Assembly: GCA_011364985.1 (NCBI GenBank)
Contig: RDOC01000001.1
Span: forward strand, 192,001-256,000
DNA from: Candidatus Thorarchaeota archaeon
Lineage (GTDB): Archaea > Asgardarchaeota > Thorarchaeia > Thorarchaeales > Thorarchaeaceae
DNA length: 64,000 bases
Direction: 5' to 3'
Notes under the pieces: generated by a model
Seen by the model: only the letters and a program-made list of their open reading frames with translations
What the model was told of the DNA's origin: nothing
The model's database searches: none
Part shown: positions 29,024 to 38,540 of the stretch, one piece after another
How positions within the stretch are numbered: position 1 is the first letter of the stretch
Layout: every line of letters starts with the position of its first letter
Program-made: the position numbers and the translations under genes

Positions 29024-30625
29024 CTAGAATACACCGCTAATATTGCCATCCTCATCAATGTCCATCCCCCAAGCTGCAGGCTCTTCTGGGAGACCGGGCA
29101 TAAGACGAATGTCTCCCATGTAAATGACAACAAAGCCAGCTCCTGCGCTTACATCAGCCCCCACTACTTCTACCTCAAAACCTGTAGGTCTGCCTCTGAG
29201 AGCGTCATTGTCAGATAGGCTGAATTGGGTCTTTGCAATACAAATGGGCAAATTATCATACCCTCTCTTCTCAAGGGAACGTATTCTTCCCTTTGCTCCG
29301 GTGGTGTAGTCAACTTCGGCACCACCATAGATTTTCTCCACAACCTTGGAGATCTTCGTCTTAATTGGGTCGTCAAGGTCATAGGTGTAGTTGGTCTGCC
29401 TGCCGGGAGATTCGTTTATTGCATTTATCAATACAGAGGCAAGCGCCTTTCCACCCTCACTTCCCCTCGCAAAGACTTCCGATATCTCCATTTTCCAGCC
29501 TTTCTCTTCGCACCAACGTTTCAGAAGTGTGATTTCCTCGTCAGTATCGTCACGAAATCTGTTCAGGGCAATCACTGCTGGTGGTCCAAAGGCTGCGATG
29601 TTCTCCATGTGTTTCTCCAGATTAGGAAAGCCAGCTGCAAGATTTCCATTTCCATGATCTTTCAATGCCCGTATAGTTGTCACAATCATAACTCCATCAA
29701 CTTTGAAGCCCCCAGCTCTTGTTACAATGTTGAAGAATTTCTCAGCGCCAAGATCAGCCCCAAATCCTGCTTCTACGACGACGTAATCAAACAGTCGAAG
29801 AGCCATATCTATTGAAACGATGGAGTTGGTTCCATGAGCGATATTCGCAAAGGGACCTGTGTGAACAAGGGCGGGAGTACCCTCCGATGTTTGGACAAGA
29901 TTCGGTTTGAGCGCATCTCGAAGAAGGACTGCCATCGCACCCTCTGCTTTGAGATCTCTGGCAAACATCTCTTTCAGAGCCATGCTTCTGCCGATCAGAA
30001 TATCACCAAGCCGCTTCTTCAGGTCAGGATAGTCCTTGCTAAGACCAAGAATAGCCATGACTTCGGAGGCTGCAGTAATGACAAAACTGTCCTCTCTCGG
30101 AAAACCATCAAAACGGCCTCCAAGACCAACAATTACTTTCCTCAAAGCACGATCATTCATGTCCAATGCCCTGGGCCAATAGACTCTTCGGAGATCAATT
30201 TCGGGCTGTGATTCGTGGTGGATGTGATTATCAATCATTGATGATAGCAGGTCGTGAGCTGCAGTAACGGCAGGAAAGTCACTAGTGAATAATAGATTGA
30301 TTTGTTCGAAAGGAAGGACCTTTGATTCTCCACCGCCAGCTGCCCCACCCTTCACTCCAAACACAGGACCGAGAGAGGGCTCTCTTAGGGTGACAACCGC
30401 CTTGTGACCCAAAGCATTGAGAGCCATTGACAATCCGATTGAATTAGTTGTCTTGCCTTCTCCTGCAGGGGTTGGATTGGTAGCAGTAACAAGAACCAGC
30501 TTACCCTTCCGTTTGCCCAAGGTCTTCTTGAACTTCAAATCAATCTTCGCCATGTATTTGCCATATAGCTCTAAATACTCCTCAGGGATTCCTGCTCTTT
30601 TTGCAACTTCGATGATATGCATCAT
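29024..30625 (-). CDS. fhs: Formate-tetrahydrofolate ligase
   Basis: YGKYMAK, TPAGEGKTT, REPSLGPVFGVKGGAAGGG, GPFANIAHG, EAGFGADLGAEKF, MPGLP. Confidence 0.97.
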   Translation of the reverse strand: MMHIIEVAKRAGIPEEYLELYGKYMAKIDLKFKKTLGKRKGKLVLVTATNPTPAGEGKTTNSIGLSMALNALGHKAVVTLREPSLGPVFGVKGGAAGGGESKVLPFEQINLLFTSDFPAVTAAHDLLSSMIDNHIHHESQPEIDLRRVYWPRALDMNDRALRKVIVGLGGRFDGFPREDSFVITAASEVMAILGLSKDYPDLKKRLGDILIGRSMALKEMFARDLKAEGAMAVLLRDALKPNLVQTSEGTPALVHTGPFANIAHGTNSIVSIDMALRLFDYVVVEAGFGADLGAEKFFNIVTRAGGFKVDGVMIVTTIRALKDHGNGNLAAGFPNLEKHMENIAAFGPPAVIALNRFRDDTDEEITLLKRWCEEKGWKMEISEVFARGSEGGKALASVLINAINESPGRQTNYTYDLDDPIKTKISKVVEKIYGGAEVDYTTGAKGRIRSLEKRGYDNLPICIAKTQFSLSDNDALRGRPTGFEVEVVGADVSAGAGFVVIYMGDIRLMPGLPEEPAAWGMDIDEDGNISGVF

Positions 30626-30854
30626 GACCGGGCCTTCTCCATTTCCAGCACGCTTGCTAAGATATGCTATTTGCGGTTGCAAATAAACTAGACTCTAGGG
30701 GAATCTGAAATGGGTCAGAAAATGTTAGAGAAACGCCTTGCACTGAAGCTGAACTCAGACTTTCATCATGCAGGTATCAGGTCAGTACGAATCACCAAAT
30801 AGTGAAAGAGATTCTGCCAAAGGGAATAAAGGGAAGGACGTGTTACAGACTTCT

Positions 30855-32171
30855 ATGATAAAAATGGACCGATTACCACTTGAAGCACTCCCTGAGGCGC
30901 TTCCCGACGGTATTGATGTAGAGAAATATGTCATTTGCACTTATTATGCAGGGCTTCCTCCCTTCATTGACGCTTGTGAGGTGGCGCACTTTGCCGCCAT
31001 AGAACAGACGACCGGGACTTGGACATTGGTACCAGGTGAAACTGTTGAAGTGAGGAGAAGACACGTCGCTAAGGTCATTGGAGTCTATGAGGTACCCTTT
31101 TACGAGTACAGCACTCCAAAGGATATTGAAAGGAGGGAGTACATTCTCCAGGTGGCATTTCCCTGGGAGAATTTTGGACAACAGATACCCATGCTTCTAA
31201 CTACTGTAATTGGAAATATCTGTCTCTATGGAAGAATCAAGTGTCTTGACATGAGGTTCCCAAAGAGCTGGTTAAAGGGGTTCAAAGGTCCGAAATTTGG
31301 CATCAAGGGCCTTCGCAGACTTCTGAATGTGAAAAAGCGGCCACTTCTGAACAATATGATCAAGCCCTGCGTCTATACTGAGGCTAAAGTTGGAGCTAGT
31401 CTGTGCTATGAGGCCGCGGTCGGTGGGGCAGATATTGTGAAGGATGACGAGCTTCTGGCCAATCCTGCATTCAACACGCTGGAAGAACGAATACCGCTCT
31501 TCATGGAGGCCATTGATAAAGCAGACTCAGAAAAGGGAGAGAAGACCCTCTACACTGTGAACATTACCGATAGAATACCACAGATGTTTGAAAATGCACA
31601 AAGAGCGTTGGAGTTAGGAGCCAATGGGCTTATGATCAACTTCTTGGCAGTGGGATACTCGGCTTTCCGTCATGTCTGTGAAGATCCATCAATCAAAGTA
31701 CCAGTCTTAGCTCATATGGACGTGACCGGTGCAATGAGTTACTCACCTCACGTAGGGATAGCAACAAACTTAGTGATTGGGAAACTTCCAAGGATTTGCG
31801 GCTCAGATATCACGGTCTTTCCAGCCCCATATGGGAAAGCTCCGATTCTTAAAGAACGGTTTCACGGAATGGCTAAGGAGATGGTGATGCCACTTCATCA
31901 TATCGAGCAAACAGCACCGATGCCAAGCGGAGGCATCTCGCAGGGTATGGTAGATGAAGTAATTGAAGCCCTTGGATCAGATATTGTAATTGGAGCTGGG
32001 GGCGCGATCCATGCTCATCCCGATGGTCCTGCAGCAGGGTCTCGCGCATTTAGACAGGCAATAGATGCAGTCATGGCAGGAATATCAATTAAGAAGGCTT
32101 CGCAGGAACATGAGGAATTGAAACGTGCTATCGATTCCTGGGGCTCTGGAAAGACGGGCTTTGACCTGTGA
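30855..32171 (+). CDS. RuBisCO-like protein (form IV RLP)
   Basis: EQTTGTW, GPKFG, MIKPC, GADIVKDDE, YGK, PSGG, GAGGAIHAHPDG. Lacks the K177, R295 and H327 equivalents of carboxylating RuBisCO. Confidence 0.9.
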   Translation: MIKMDRLPLEALPEALPDGIDVEKYVICTYYAGLPPFIDACEVAHFAAIEQTTGTWTLVPGETVEVRRRHVAKVIGVYEVPFYEYSTPKDIERREYILQVAFPWENFGQQIPMLLTTVIGNICLYGRIKCLDMRFPKSWLKGFKGPKFGIKGLRRLLNVKKRPLLNNMIKPCVYTEAKVGASLCYEAAVGGADIVKDDELLANPAFNTLEERIPLFMEAIDKADSEKGEKTLYTVNITDRIPQMFENAQRALELGANGLMINFLAVGYSAFRHVCEDPSIKVPVLAHMDVTGAMSYSPHVGIATNLVIGKLPRICGSDITVFPAPYGKAPILKERFHGMAKEMVMPLHHIEQTAPMPSGGISQGMVDEVIEALGSDIVIGAGGAIHAHPDGPAAGSRAFRQAIDAVMAGISIKKASQEHEELKRAIDSWGSGKTGFDL

Positions 32172-32242
32172 TTGGAAGCATTTGAAAGCCATGTCTCAGA
32201 GCATGGAGAAGTCTAATAACCAAGTTCTACAAGTCTTCATGT

Positions 32243-33259
32243 ATGCGCCCTCAGGAGCTAATTGATGAATCAATCGTATCGTGGCTGCTAGAGCATAGTG
32301 ATCCTAGTGTGCGATATTGGGCGCTGCAGAATCTGCAAGGTTTGAAGCCTGCTCACGAGGAGGTTCGGAAAGCTCAAGATGTCATTATGGCATCAGATTG
32401 TGTTCGAAGGATTCTTTCGGCACAGAACACCAATGGCGCCTGGGGCGATGCCAATGACATGTATAACCCCAAGTATACGGCTACAACTCATTCTTTGCTA
32501 ATCCTAGCTGAATTGGGTGCAAAAAGAACACAAGCAATAGAGAGGGCGATTGAGCACCTTTTCAGATTTCAGAGGACCTCTGGACATTTCCTTGGAGACT
32601 TGCCCAAGACAGAAAAGGGTCGTTCGAGTGCCGTCAAAGATGGCTGCTGCCTTGACGGGAATATTCTGTACTACCTGAGCCACTTTGGTTTCCTAGATGA
32701 CAGTAGGACGCAAAGTCTGATTGATTTCCAAGTCGAGTACTATAATTGGGAAAACACGGGATGGCCGTGTCGCGCATACCCAATCAATCCGGAAAGAGTC
32801 TTCCCAAGCAACTGTTACATGGGCAGGATAAAGAATCTCAAAGGTCTCGCTTCGATCCCTAGTGAGAAAAGGTCTAAGGATGTTCAGAAGATAATACGGA
32901 GCGAAATCGAAGTAATACTTGAGAATCAACTATTCAGATATCTCAGAAACCCTGATGGCAGCAGAAAAGCAAAAGTCGGTTGGACACGATTTGGATTTCC
33001 TCTTTTCTATCAATCAGATGTACTGGAAGTTCTTGATATGCTGACTGGCCTTGGAGTAAGAGATGAAAGAATGCAGGATTCCATTGACCTTGTTGTGAAG
33101 AACAGACGAGACGACGGGAAATGGATTCTCAAGAACACTTACAATGGAAAGATGCTTTGCAATATAGAGGAAAAGGGCCAGCCCTCAAAATGGATTACTC
33201 TACGAGCCCTTCGAGTTCTAAAAAGGCTTTATGGAGAGGATCTGTTTCAAAGAGCATAA
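32243..33259 (+). CDS. Prenyltransferase/squalene-cyclase-repeat alpha-barrel protein
   Basis: QW-like repeats (AQNTNGAW, FQRTSGHF, NRRDDGKW), WLLE..DPSVRY, FGFPLFYQSD, PSKWITLRAL. Confidence 0.75.
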   Translation: MRPQELIDESIVSWLLEHSDPSVRYWALQNLQGLKPAHEEVRKAQDVIMASDCVRRILSAQNTNGAWGDANDMYNPKYTATTHSLLILAELGAKRTQAIERAIEHLFRFQRTSGHFLGDLPKTEKGRSSAVKDGCCLDGNILYYLSHFGFLDDSRTQSLIDFQVEYYNWENTGWPCRAYPINPERVFPSNCYMGRIKNLKGLASIPSEKRSKDVQKIIRSEIEVILENQLFRYLRNPDGSRKAKVGWTRFGFPLFYQSDVLEVLDMLTGLGVRDERMQDSIDLVVKNRRDDGKWILKNTYNGKMLCNIEEKGQPSKWITLRALRVLKRLYGEDLFQRA

Positions 33260-33477
33260 TGTGTACCTTGGACCAATCAAGTTGCCCAGTGCCATCCTGA
33301 GAAGGATAGTAAATCCTGCGCAGCAAATCGGGATGTCTATGGTTAAACTCCCTTGAGGATGTCAGTAAAACATGGCTGATTCTTAGAATCGATTGCCGTA
33401 AACACACCAAGGATCCTCTTACGAAGCTCCTCCTCTATGAACTCGAAAACCGTACGGCTCGATGACTTGCTAAAATT

Positions 33478-35064
33478 TCACTTGTTTAGTCGACGATACA
33501 TAGCCTTGGTGTTCTTGTATATGTTCAGGAATTCCTTGTACAACTCATCATAGAGCTCTCTATTCTCCGGATTTGGTTGGAAAGTTCGAGAGAATTGTAT
33601 CAGTTCAGGGATTTCGTTAAAGGTACATATTCCAAGACCAACTGCCCCAATTAGTGCAGCACCTCGAATATTCGCATAGATTGGATCCTTGATTTGGCGT
33701 ATAGTTCGATTCAACACATCTGCATAGATCTGGCACCAAACATCTGACTGAGCACCGCCGCCAATGATATTCAGTGGGTCCATCCTTTTCTTGATGAACT
33801 TCTCCACAAGCTCCATCAACCAGCGGCTATTATAGGCCACTCCTTCAAATATGGCACGAATGATTTCTTCTCGTTTCGCTTCAAGTGAGATATTATGCAG
33901 GCCCCCCCGAAGAGTGTAATCTTCAACAGGAGTACGTTCGCCATAGAGCCAGGGGGTAAAAATCAACTTGTTGCTACCGGGTGGCACTTTCTCGACGATT
34001 GTATCGAACTCCTGATAGACCTCTTGCTTGCCAAAGCGTTGAGGGTCATCGGGAAACAAGACATTGTCCCGGAGAAACGCCAAACATGCTCCTGCTGTTT
34101 CCTGCTCATTTGCCACAAAGTATCGACCAGGGATTGCAGAAGGTAAGGATGCCATGTTATGGGATATGTCTGTCTTTTTGAAAGGTACATGGCACAGAAC
34201 CCAGCTACTCGTTCCAATGTATATGTGCCCTTCATAATTGCGCACAGCACCTGACCCAACAATAGCTGAGTGCAAATCAGGAGAACCAACCACCACCTTG
34301 GTTGTCGGCGACAATCCAATCTCGTTAGCAACATCCGGCTTCAAGTCGCCGAGAATGTCTATTGAACGCATAAGTGGAGGTAGTTTCTCTCGATGAATTC
34401 CCAGCTTCTTGATCAGGCCATCGTCGTATTTGATATTAGAGATGTCACGTGTGTCAGTGACCCAGTGGAGCATGATTGAGTCGTAGGAAGCTGCGAACCT
34501 TCCTGTTAGTTTGAGATTGAGATAGTCCTTGCACTCGAGAAACATGTAGGTGGAATTGTAGACTTCAGGGTGTTCGTTCTTGAGCCAGAGTATGTGTGCA
34601 ATCGGATCTTTACCACTTCCTGTCGGAATGCCACCAGTTTTGCGAAGCCAACGAAGAAGATTGAGAACGGAATACCCCTGGATGTTAATGAATCCCCTCA
34701 TCATTTTCTCTAAGTGCGGCTTGCCTCGTGTGTCCATCCAGATTATTGCATTCCAAAGGTGTTGCCCGTTCTCATCAACAGGAACAGTACCTGACCATTG
34801 GCTAGATACACAGACACCAACAATTCTCTCAGCTGGCACATAATTTGCTTGAACAAGGTTCTTGGATGCCCTAACGAATGCATCCCACCAGAGCGTTGGA
34901 TCTTGTTCGGCCCCTCCACCTTTCTTCAAAGTGATAGGTGTGTCCTCAAAATCGTATGCTAATACCTCACCACAGGAATCAGTGATTGCCACTTTCATAG
35001 CAGAAGTGCCATGATCCACAGCTAAGAGGAAATTATTCTCCTCACTATTCAATGCGAATCCCAA
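33478..35064 (-). CDS. FGGY-family carbohydrate kinase (xylulokinase-like)
   Basis: AVDHGTSAMK, WMDTR, IGTSSW, PWLYGERTP, RAIFEGVA, GGGAQS. Confidence 0.93.
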   Translation of the reverse strand: MGFALNSEENNFLLAVDHGTSAMKVAITDSCGEVLAYDFEDTPITLKKGGGAEQDPTLWWDAFVRASKNLVQANYVPAERIVGVCVSSQWSGTVPVDENGQHLWNAIIWMDTRGKPHLEKMMRGFINIQGYSVLNLLRWLRKTGGIPTGSGKDPIAHILWLKNEHPEVYNSTYMFLECKDYLNLKLTGRFAASYDSIMLHWVTDTRDISNIKYDDGLIKKLGIHREKLPPLMRSIDILGDLKPDVANEIGLSPTTKVVVGSPDLHSAIVGSGAVRNYEGHIYIGTSSWVLCHVPFKKTDISHNMASLPSAIPGRYFVANEQETAGACLAFLRDNVLFPDDPQRFGKQEVYQEFDTIVEKVPPGSNKLIFTPWLYGERTPVEDYTLRGGLHNISLEAKREEIIRAIFEGVAYNSRWLMELVEKFIKKRMDPLNIIGGGAQSDVWCQIYADVLNRTIRQIKDPIYANIRGAALIGAVGLGICTFNEIPELIQFSRTFQPNPENRELYDELYKEFLNIYKNTKAMYRRLNK

Positions 35065-35116
35065 TTCTGGAATGGCAAACGCGCATATATGAGATTCGAG
35101 AGCAGTTCCTTCCCAT

Positions 35117-36331
35117 TCAGATATCTATGGTTTCCACATTTCCTTTGTGGTCGATAGATTCTATGATAAGTGGCGACCCCTCTCCGGTGACTTCTTTCAG
35201 TCCGAGGACTTCTTTCATCATCAATAGAAGGTCCATTGGAACTATACATGCCTCAGGAGGCAATACGCCCTTCCCTTTTACCTTTCCACGGTACATGAGA
35301 ATCGCACCAATTGCAGCCGGTATTCCAGTCGAATCACCCATTGCACGCCCTACAGATGCCAAGGAGAAATCATATTCATGAGGATTGCCATCTAAAATGC
35401 CACGGACCCGTATCTTTAGACATCCTCTCTGTTCCCCGAAATCGGTTTCTTCGAGGATTCTGTCCCGTTGACTGAGGATGTAAGAAATCGCGAAGTCCAA
35501 AGGAACAACCTGCTGACCTCGTACCTCAATCGGCTCTTCGCCAACAATGCCAAGGCGAACAACATTTTGAATGAGGCTATAGTACTCAGGAGGAATAACG
35601 CATCCAAGATTTGTGACTCGCTTGCATTTGATATAGTTCGGAAGGGTGATTGTTTCCGGATGCGGGTAGCAGTAGCTCCTGTAGGTGCCAATCAGGGGAT
35701 ATTCAACATCTTCTTCCAATGCCATCCCACTCTCTTCGAAATACTTCACCGTTGTGAACTTGCCGTCAAGATACATGGGTATATCAGCCAGCATACTGTG
35801 AATTCGATGTGCAATGACAGCAGCTCCCTCTCTCACGTCACCACCATGAACGTGCAAGATGTCTATAGCATCAACCTCATCTAACATAGCATCAGCGCAG
35901 AATTTGGCAAGCAGATTGGCAACGCCGGGGGAACCCCCCATACCTGTAAGAGCAGTGATGTCCGCCTTCTTGGCGGCTTCGTCCATTTCTAAAAGATTCT
36001 TTGTTGCATCAAAATCATCACAGACATCCACATAATCTATGCCTGACTCAATTACTGCTTTTAGGACAATGGGACCCAGTTTGTAAAAGGGACCACAGAC
36101 GTTTAGTACAATATCCGCGCCCTTGATTGCATCCTTTACGTTCTCGGGGTCACTGGCATCAACAAGTATTGCAGAACATCGACTTGCATCAGCTTCACTG
36201 GCGCAGGTCTGAGCGCCTTCGTAGTCTAGGTCGGCCACAATGATCTCATCAAAATCATCGTAGGATGCAAGCGTCTGGACAGCAATGCTTCCAACAGTAC
36301 CGCATCCACCTATTACAACTATGCGAGCCAT
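35117..36331 (-). CDS. Saccharopine dehydrogenase / lysine dehydrogenase-like oxidoreductase
   Basis: Rossmann GGCGTVG, NVCGPFY, YVDVCDD, GMGGSPG, HPETITLP, GVLPPE. Confidence 0.9.
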   Translation of the reverse strand: MARIVVIGGCGTVGSIAVQTLASYDDFDEIIVADLDYEGAQTCASEADASRCSAILVDASDPENVKDAIKGADIVLNVCGPFYKLGPIVLKAVIESGIDYVDVCDDFDATKNLLEMDEAAKKADITALTGMGGSPGVANLLAKFCADAMLDEVDAIDILHVHGGDVREGAAVIAHRIHSMLADIPMYLDGKFTTVKYFEESGMALEEDVEYPLIGTYRSYCYPHPETITLPNYIKCKRVTNLGCVIPPEYYSLIQNVVRLGIVGEEPIEVRGQQVVPLDFAISYILSQRDRILEETDFGEQRGCLKIRVRGILDGNPHEYDFSLASVGRAMGDSTGIPAAIGAILMYRGKVKGKGVLPPEACIVPMDLLLMMKEVLGLKEVTGEGSPLIIESIDHKGNVETIDI

Positions 36332-36385
36332 AGTTCCCTTGGAGGACTCACGGATATTTTAGTCTGGCGCAGGTTTGCATGAGTC

Positions 36386-36937
36386 TTACCCGAGAAAATA
36401 TTCAGCGTGAACCCGACCTGCCGAATCAAAACGAACGCCCTCCATCTCCAGGATTCGGCGTTTCATATCGAGTCCTCCTTGGAATCCGCCCAAGGTTCTA
36501 TCAGAACGGACAGCTCTGTGGCAAGGTACTACAACAGGGAAGGGATTCCTAGCCAGAGCGTTACCGACTGCACGAATGCCGCGAGTACCTATTTCTGATG
36601 CGAGTCTCCCATAAGATGAAGTCATTCCGCGTGGAATTCTTCGTTCTTCAAGAAGCACGTCAAGCTGGAATTTATTGCAGACAGATGTATCAACATAGTC
36701 CATAGTGATGCGAGAAGAATCACCTAAGAAAAATCGCTGAATCCTGCGGACGAGTTCTTCAACTCTGGAATTCTCTTTCGTAAGCGTTGATGGAAAACGC
36801 TGTGAGAGTGTTCTAGCCAATTGACTCTTACTTTGTGGAAGCATAATGTGGATTGCAAGCGCTTTTTCATTCGCGAGCCGATAGACTATTCCACAATGGC
36901 CAAAGGCCGTTTCAAAGATACAATGATATAGCATCAC
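36386..36937 (-). CDS. ogt: Methylated-DNA-protein-cysteine methyltransferase
   Basis: IPRGMTSSYG, RAVGNA..RNP, active-site PCHR. Confidence 0.95.
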   Translation of the reverse strand: MMLYHCIFETAFGHCGIVYRLANEKALAIHIMLPQSKSQLARTLSQRFPSTLTKENSRVEELVRRIQRFFLGDSSRITMDYVDTSVCNKFQLDVLLEERRIPRGMTSSYGRLASEIGTRGIRAVGNALARNPFPVVVPCHRAVRSDRTLGGFQGGLDMKRRILEMEGVRFDSAGRVHAEYFLG

Positions 36938-37051
36938 TTTGCACTCATTTTCAGGATAGGCAACACCTCACATAATGCTTTGGTGTAACACAAGTCTCAA
37001 TAGTACTCCCGAATTCAAGGGAGTATATCCAAGGAAGGTGCAGTGTTGAAC

Positions 37052-37786
37052 ATGGAGAAGTTTCACGGATTTGCATGCATGGTATGCGGTGGAACTCTTG
37101 TTTACGATGACAAGGCGAAAGAACAGATCTGTGATTACTGCGGGCAAAAAACGAAGTCTACGATTTACTGCCCAGAAGGCCATTTTGTATGCGATGTATG
37201 TCATTCTGGTGATGCAATCGAGTTGCTAAACAGAATGGCAGACTCAAACGACCGAATAAATCCGATAGATATCGTTGAGGATGCCTATCTGCATCATGCC
37301 TTCAAGTTTCATGGACCGGAACACCATAGCCTTGTACCAGCGGCGATTCTAATATCGCTTAAGAACATCGCCGCACAAAGACCGAACGGCGACATAGTGA
37401 CTGCAGAGATGGTTCGCGAGGGCATTCGGAGAGGTACAAAAATCCCCGGAGGATTCTGTGGGACTGCAGGAAACTGTGGAGCATGTGTGGGAGCTGGAGT
37501 TGCAATTGCCGTCTTTCTCGGTTCAACTCCGACAAGAGGACCAGAACGAAAAGCATCAATTCTCACTACAATTGCTGCATTGGAGCGGGTCACTGACGGG
37601 CTCATTAGATGCTGTAAGAGATCGACATTTCACGGTATTGCAGCGGCAATGCAAGTGCTTCGTGAGAAGTTTAAGATTGACCTAGGCCCCGAGCCTCGGG
37701 CAAGCTCCTGCAAGAACTCTCATCTAAACAAGGACTGTGCAAAAGAAGAGTGTGTCTTCTACCCTGGACTTCAAGACGCGAATTAG
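37052..37786 (+). CDS. Zn-ribbon + DUF5714 cysteine-rich protein
   Basis: CMVCG, CDYCG, CPEGHFVCDVCH, HGPEHH.LVP, PGGFCG..GNCGA, RCCKR. Confidence 0.8.
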   Translation: MEKFHGFACMVCGGTLVYDDKAKEQICDYCGQKTKSTIYCPEGHFVCDVCHSGDAIELLNRMADSNDRINPIDIVEDAYLHHAFKFHGPEHHSLVPAAILISLKNIAAQRPNGDIVTAEMVREGIRRGTKIPGGFCGTAGNCGACVGAGVAIAVFLGSTPTRGPERKASILTTIAALERVTDGLIRCCKRSTFHGIAAAMQVLREKFKIDLGPEPRASSCKNSHLNKDCAKEECVFYPGLQDAN

Positions 37787-37789
37787 GGA

Positions 37790-38521
37790 CTACTCCAAGG
37801 TGATTCGGTCCCCGATTTTGGCCGAAACGCGATCAATGGCACGTCCATTTCTTAGGGAAACCTCTAGCGTGCCAGCACTTCCCACTATTGCAAAGATGTC
37901 ATCATCAGGCCCATCTGCATAGGTCATACACTGGACTAGTTCTCTTTCCATACCAGACATGCGCAATTGAAACCTGTCTTTTGAGAGGGGCGAGAGATTG
38001 GTGACAATATTTCCAAAATGGTCTATTCTCACAACCTCACCTTCACGACCTTTCAGATGAAAGGCAATCTCGATGTCGAGTCCATTCTTCTTTCCTTGAA
38101 TCATCGACTCTAGATCCCCATTTTCAAGAAGACCTGCGGCCTTGGCAAAGACATCCCGACCATGAAAGGTACGAGACGAGGTACTATCTATACGTAAGGA
38201 AAATATCTCTCCTATTCCATCCTTCCGCATCGTGGGAGATAGCAGTCCATTGTCAGGTGCAATGAAGAAGTAGTTACTACTCTTAGCAAAGATGGCATCA
38301 CGCTCTGTGCCTACGCCAGGATCTACTACGCATACAAAGGTTGTTCCTAGAGGAAATGACTCAAAGCTTTGGAGAAGCACCCAAGCGGCTTCCCGCACTG
38401 ACTGAGGAGATATTGAATGTGTGAGATCCACGATTTTTGTGTTAGGTGCATGGCCTAGGATCACACCTTTCATGATTCCAACAAACTCGGACTCTCCAAA
38501 ATCGGTTAGCAGTACGATCAA
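37790..38521 (-). CDS. SAM hydroxide adenosyltransferase (DUF62, chlorinase/fluorinase family)
   Basis: LTDFG, DLTH, VVDPGVGTER, APDNG, TFHGRDVFA, IDHFGN. The Asp-Arg-His triad is present. Confidence 0.92.
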   Translation of the reverse strand: MIVLLTDFGESEFVGIMKGVILGHAPNTKIVDLTHSISPQSVREAAWVLLQSFESFPLGTTFVCVVDPGVGTERDAIFAKSSNYFFIAPDNGLLSPTMRKDGIGEIFSLRIDSTSSRTFHGRDVFAKAAGLLENGDLESMIQGKKNGLDIEIAFHLKGREGEVVRIDHFGNIVTNLSPLSKDRFQLRMSGMERELVQCMTYADGPDDDIFAIVGSAGTLEVSLRNGRAIDRVSAKIGDRITLE

Positions 38522-38540
38522 GCTCTTCCTCCTCAGCTGA

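Noticed and set aside
30855-32171. Carbon-fixing RuBisCO (form III)
   Set aside because: The K177, R295 and H327 equivalents are substituted, which fits a form IV RLP.
32243-33259. Squalene-hopene/sterol cyclase
   Set aside because: Only 338 aa (a single barrel) with no DxDD/DCTAE motif. Only QW-like repeats are shared.
37790-38521. SAM-dependent fluorinase/chlorinase (halogenase)
   Set aside because: It retains the Asp-Arg-His triad (VVDP, GTER, TFHG) typical of DUF62 SAM hydrolases, and there is no biosynthetic context.
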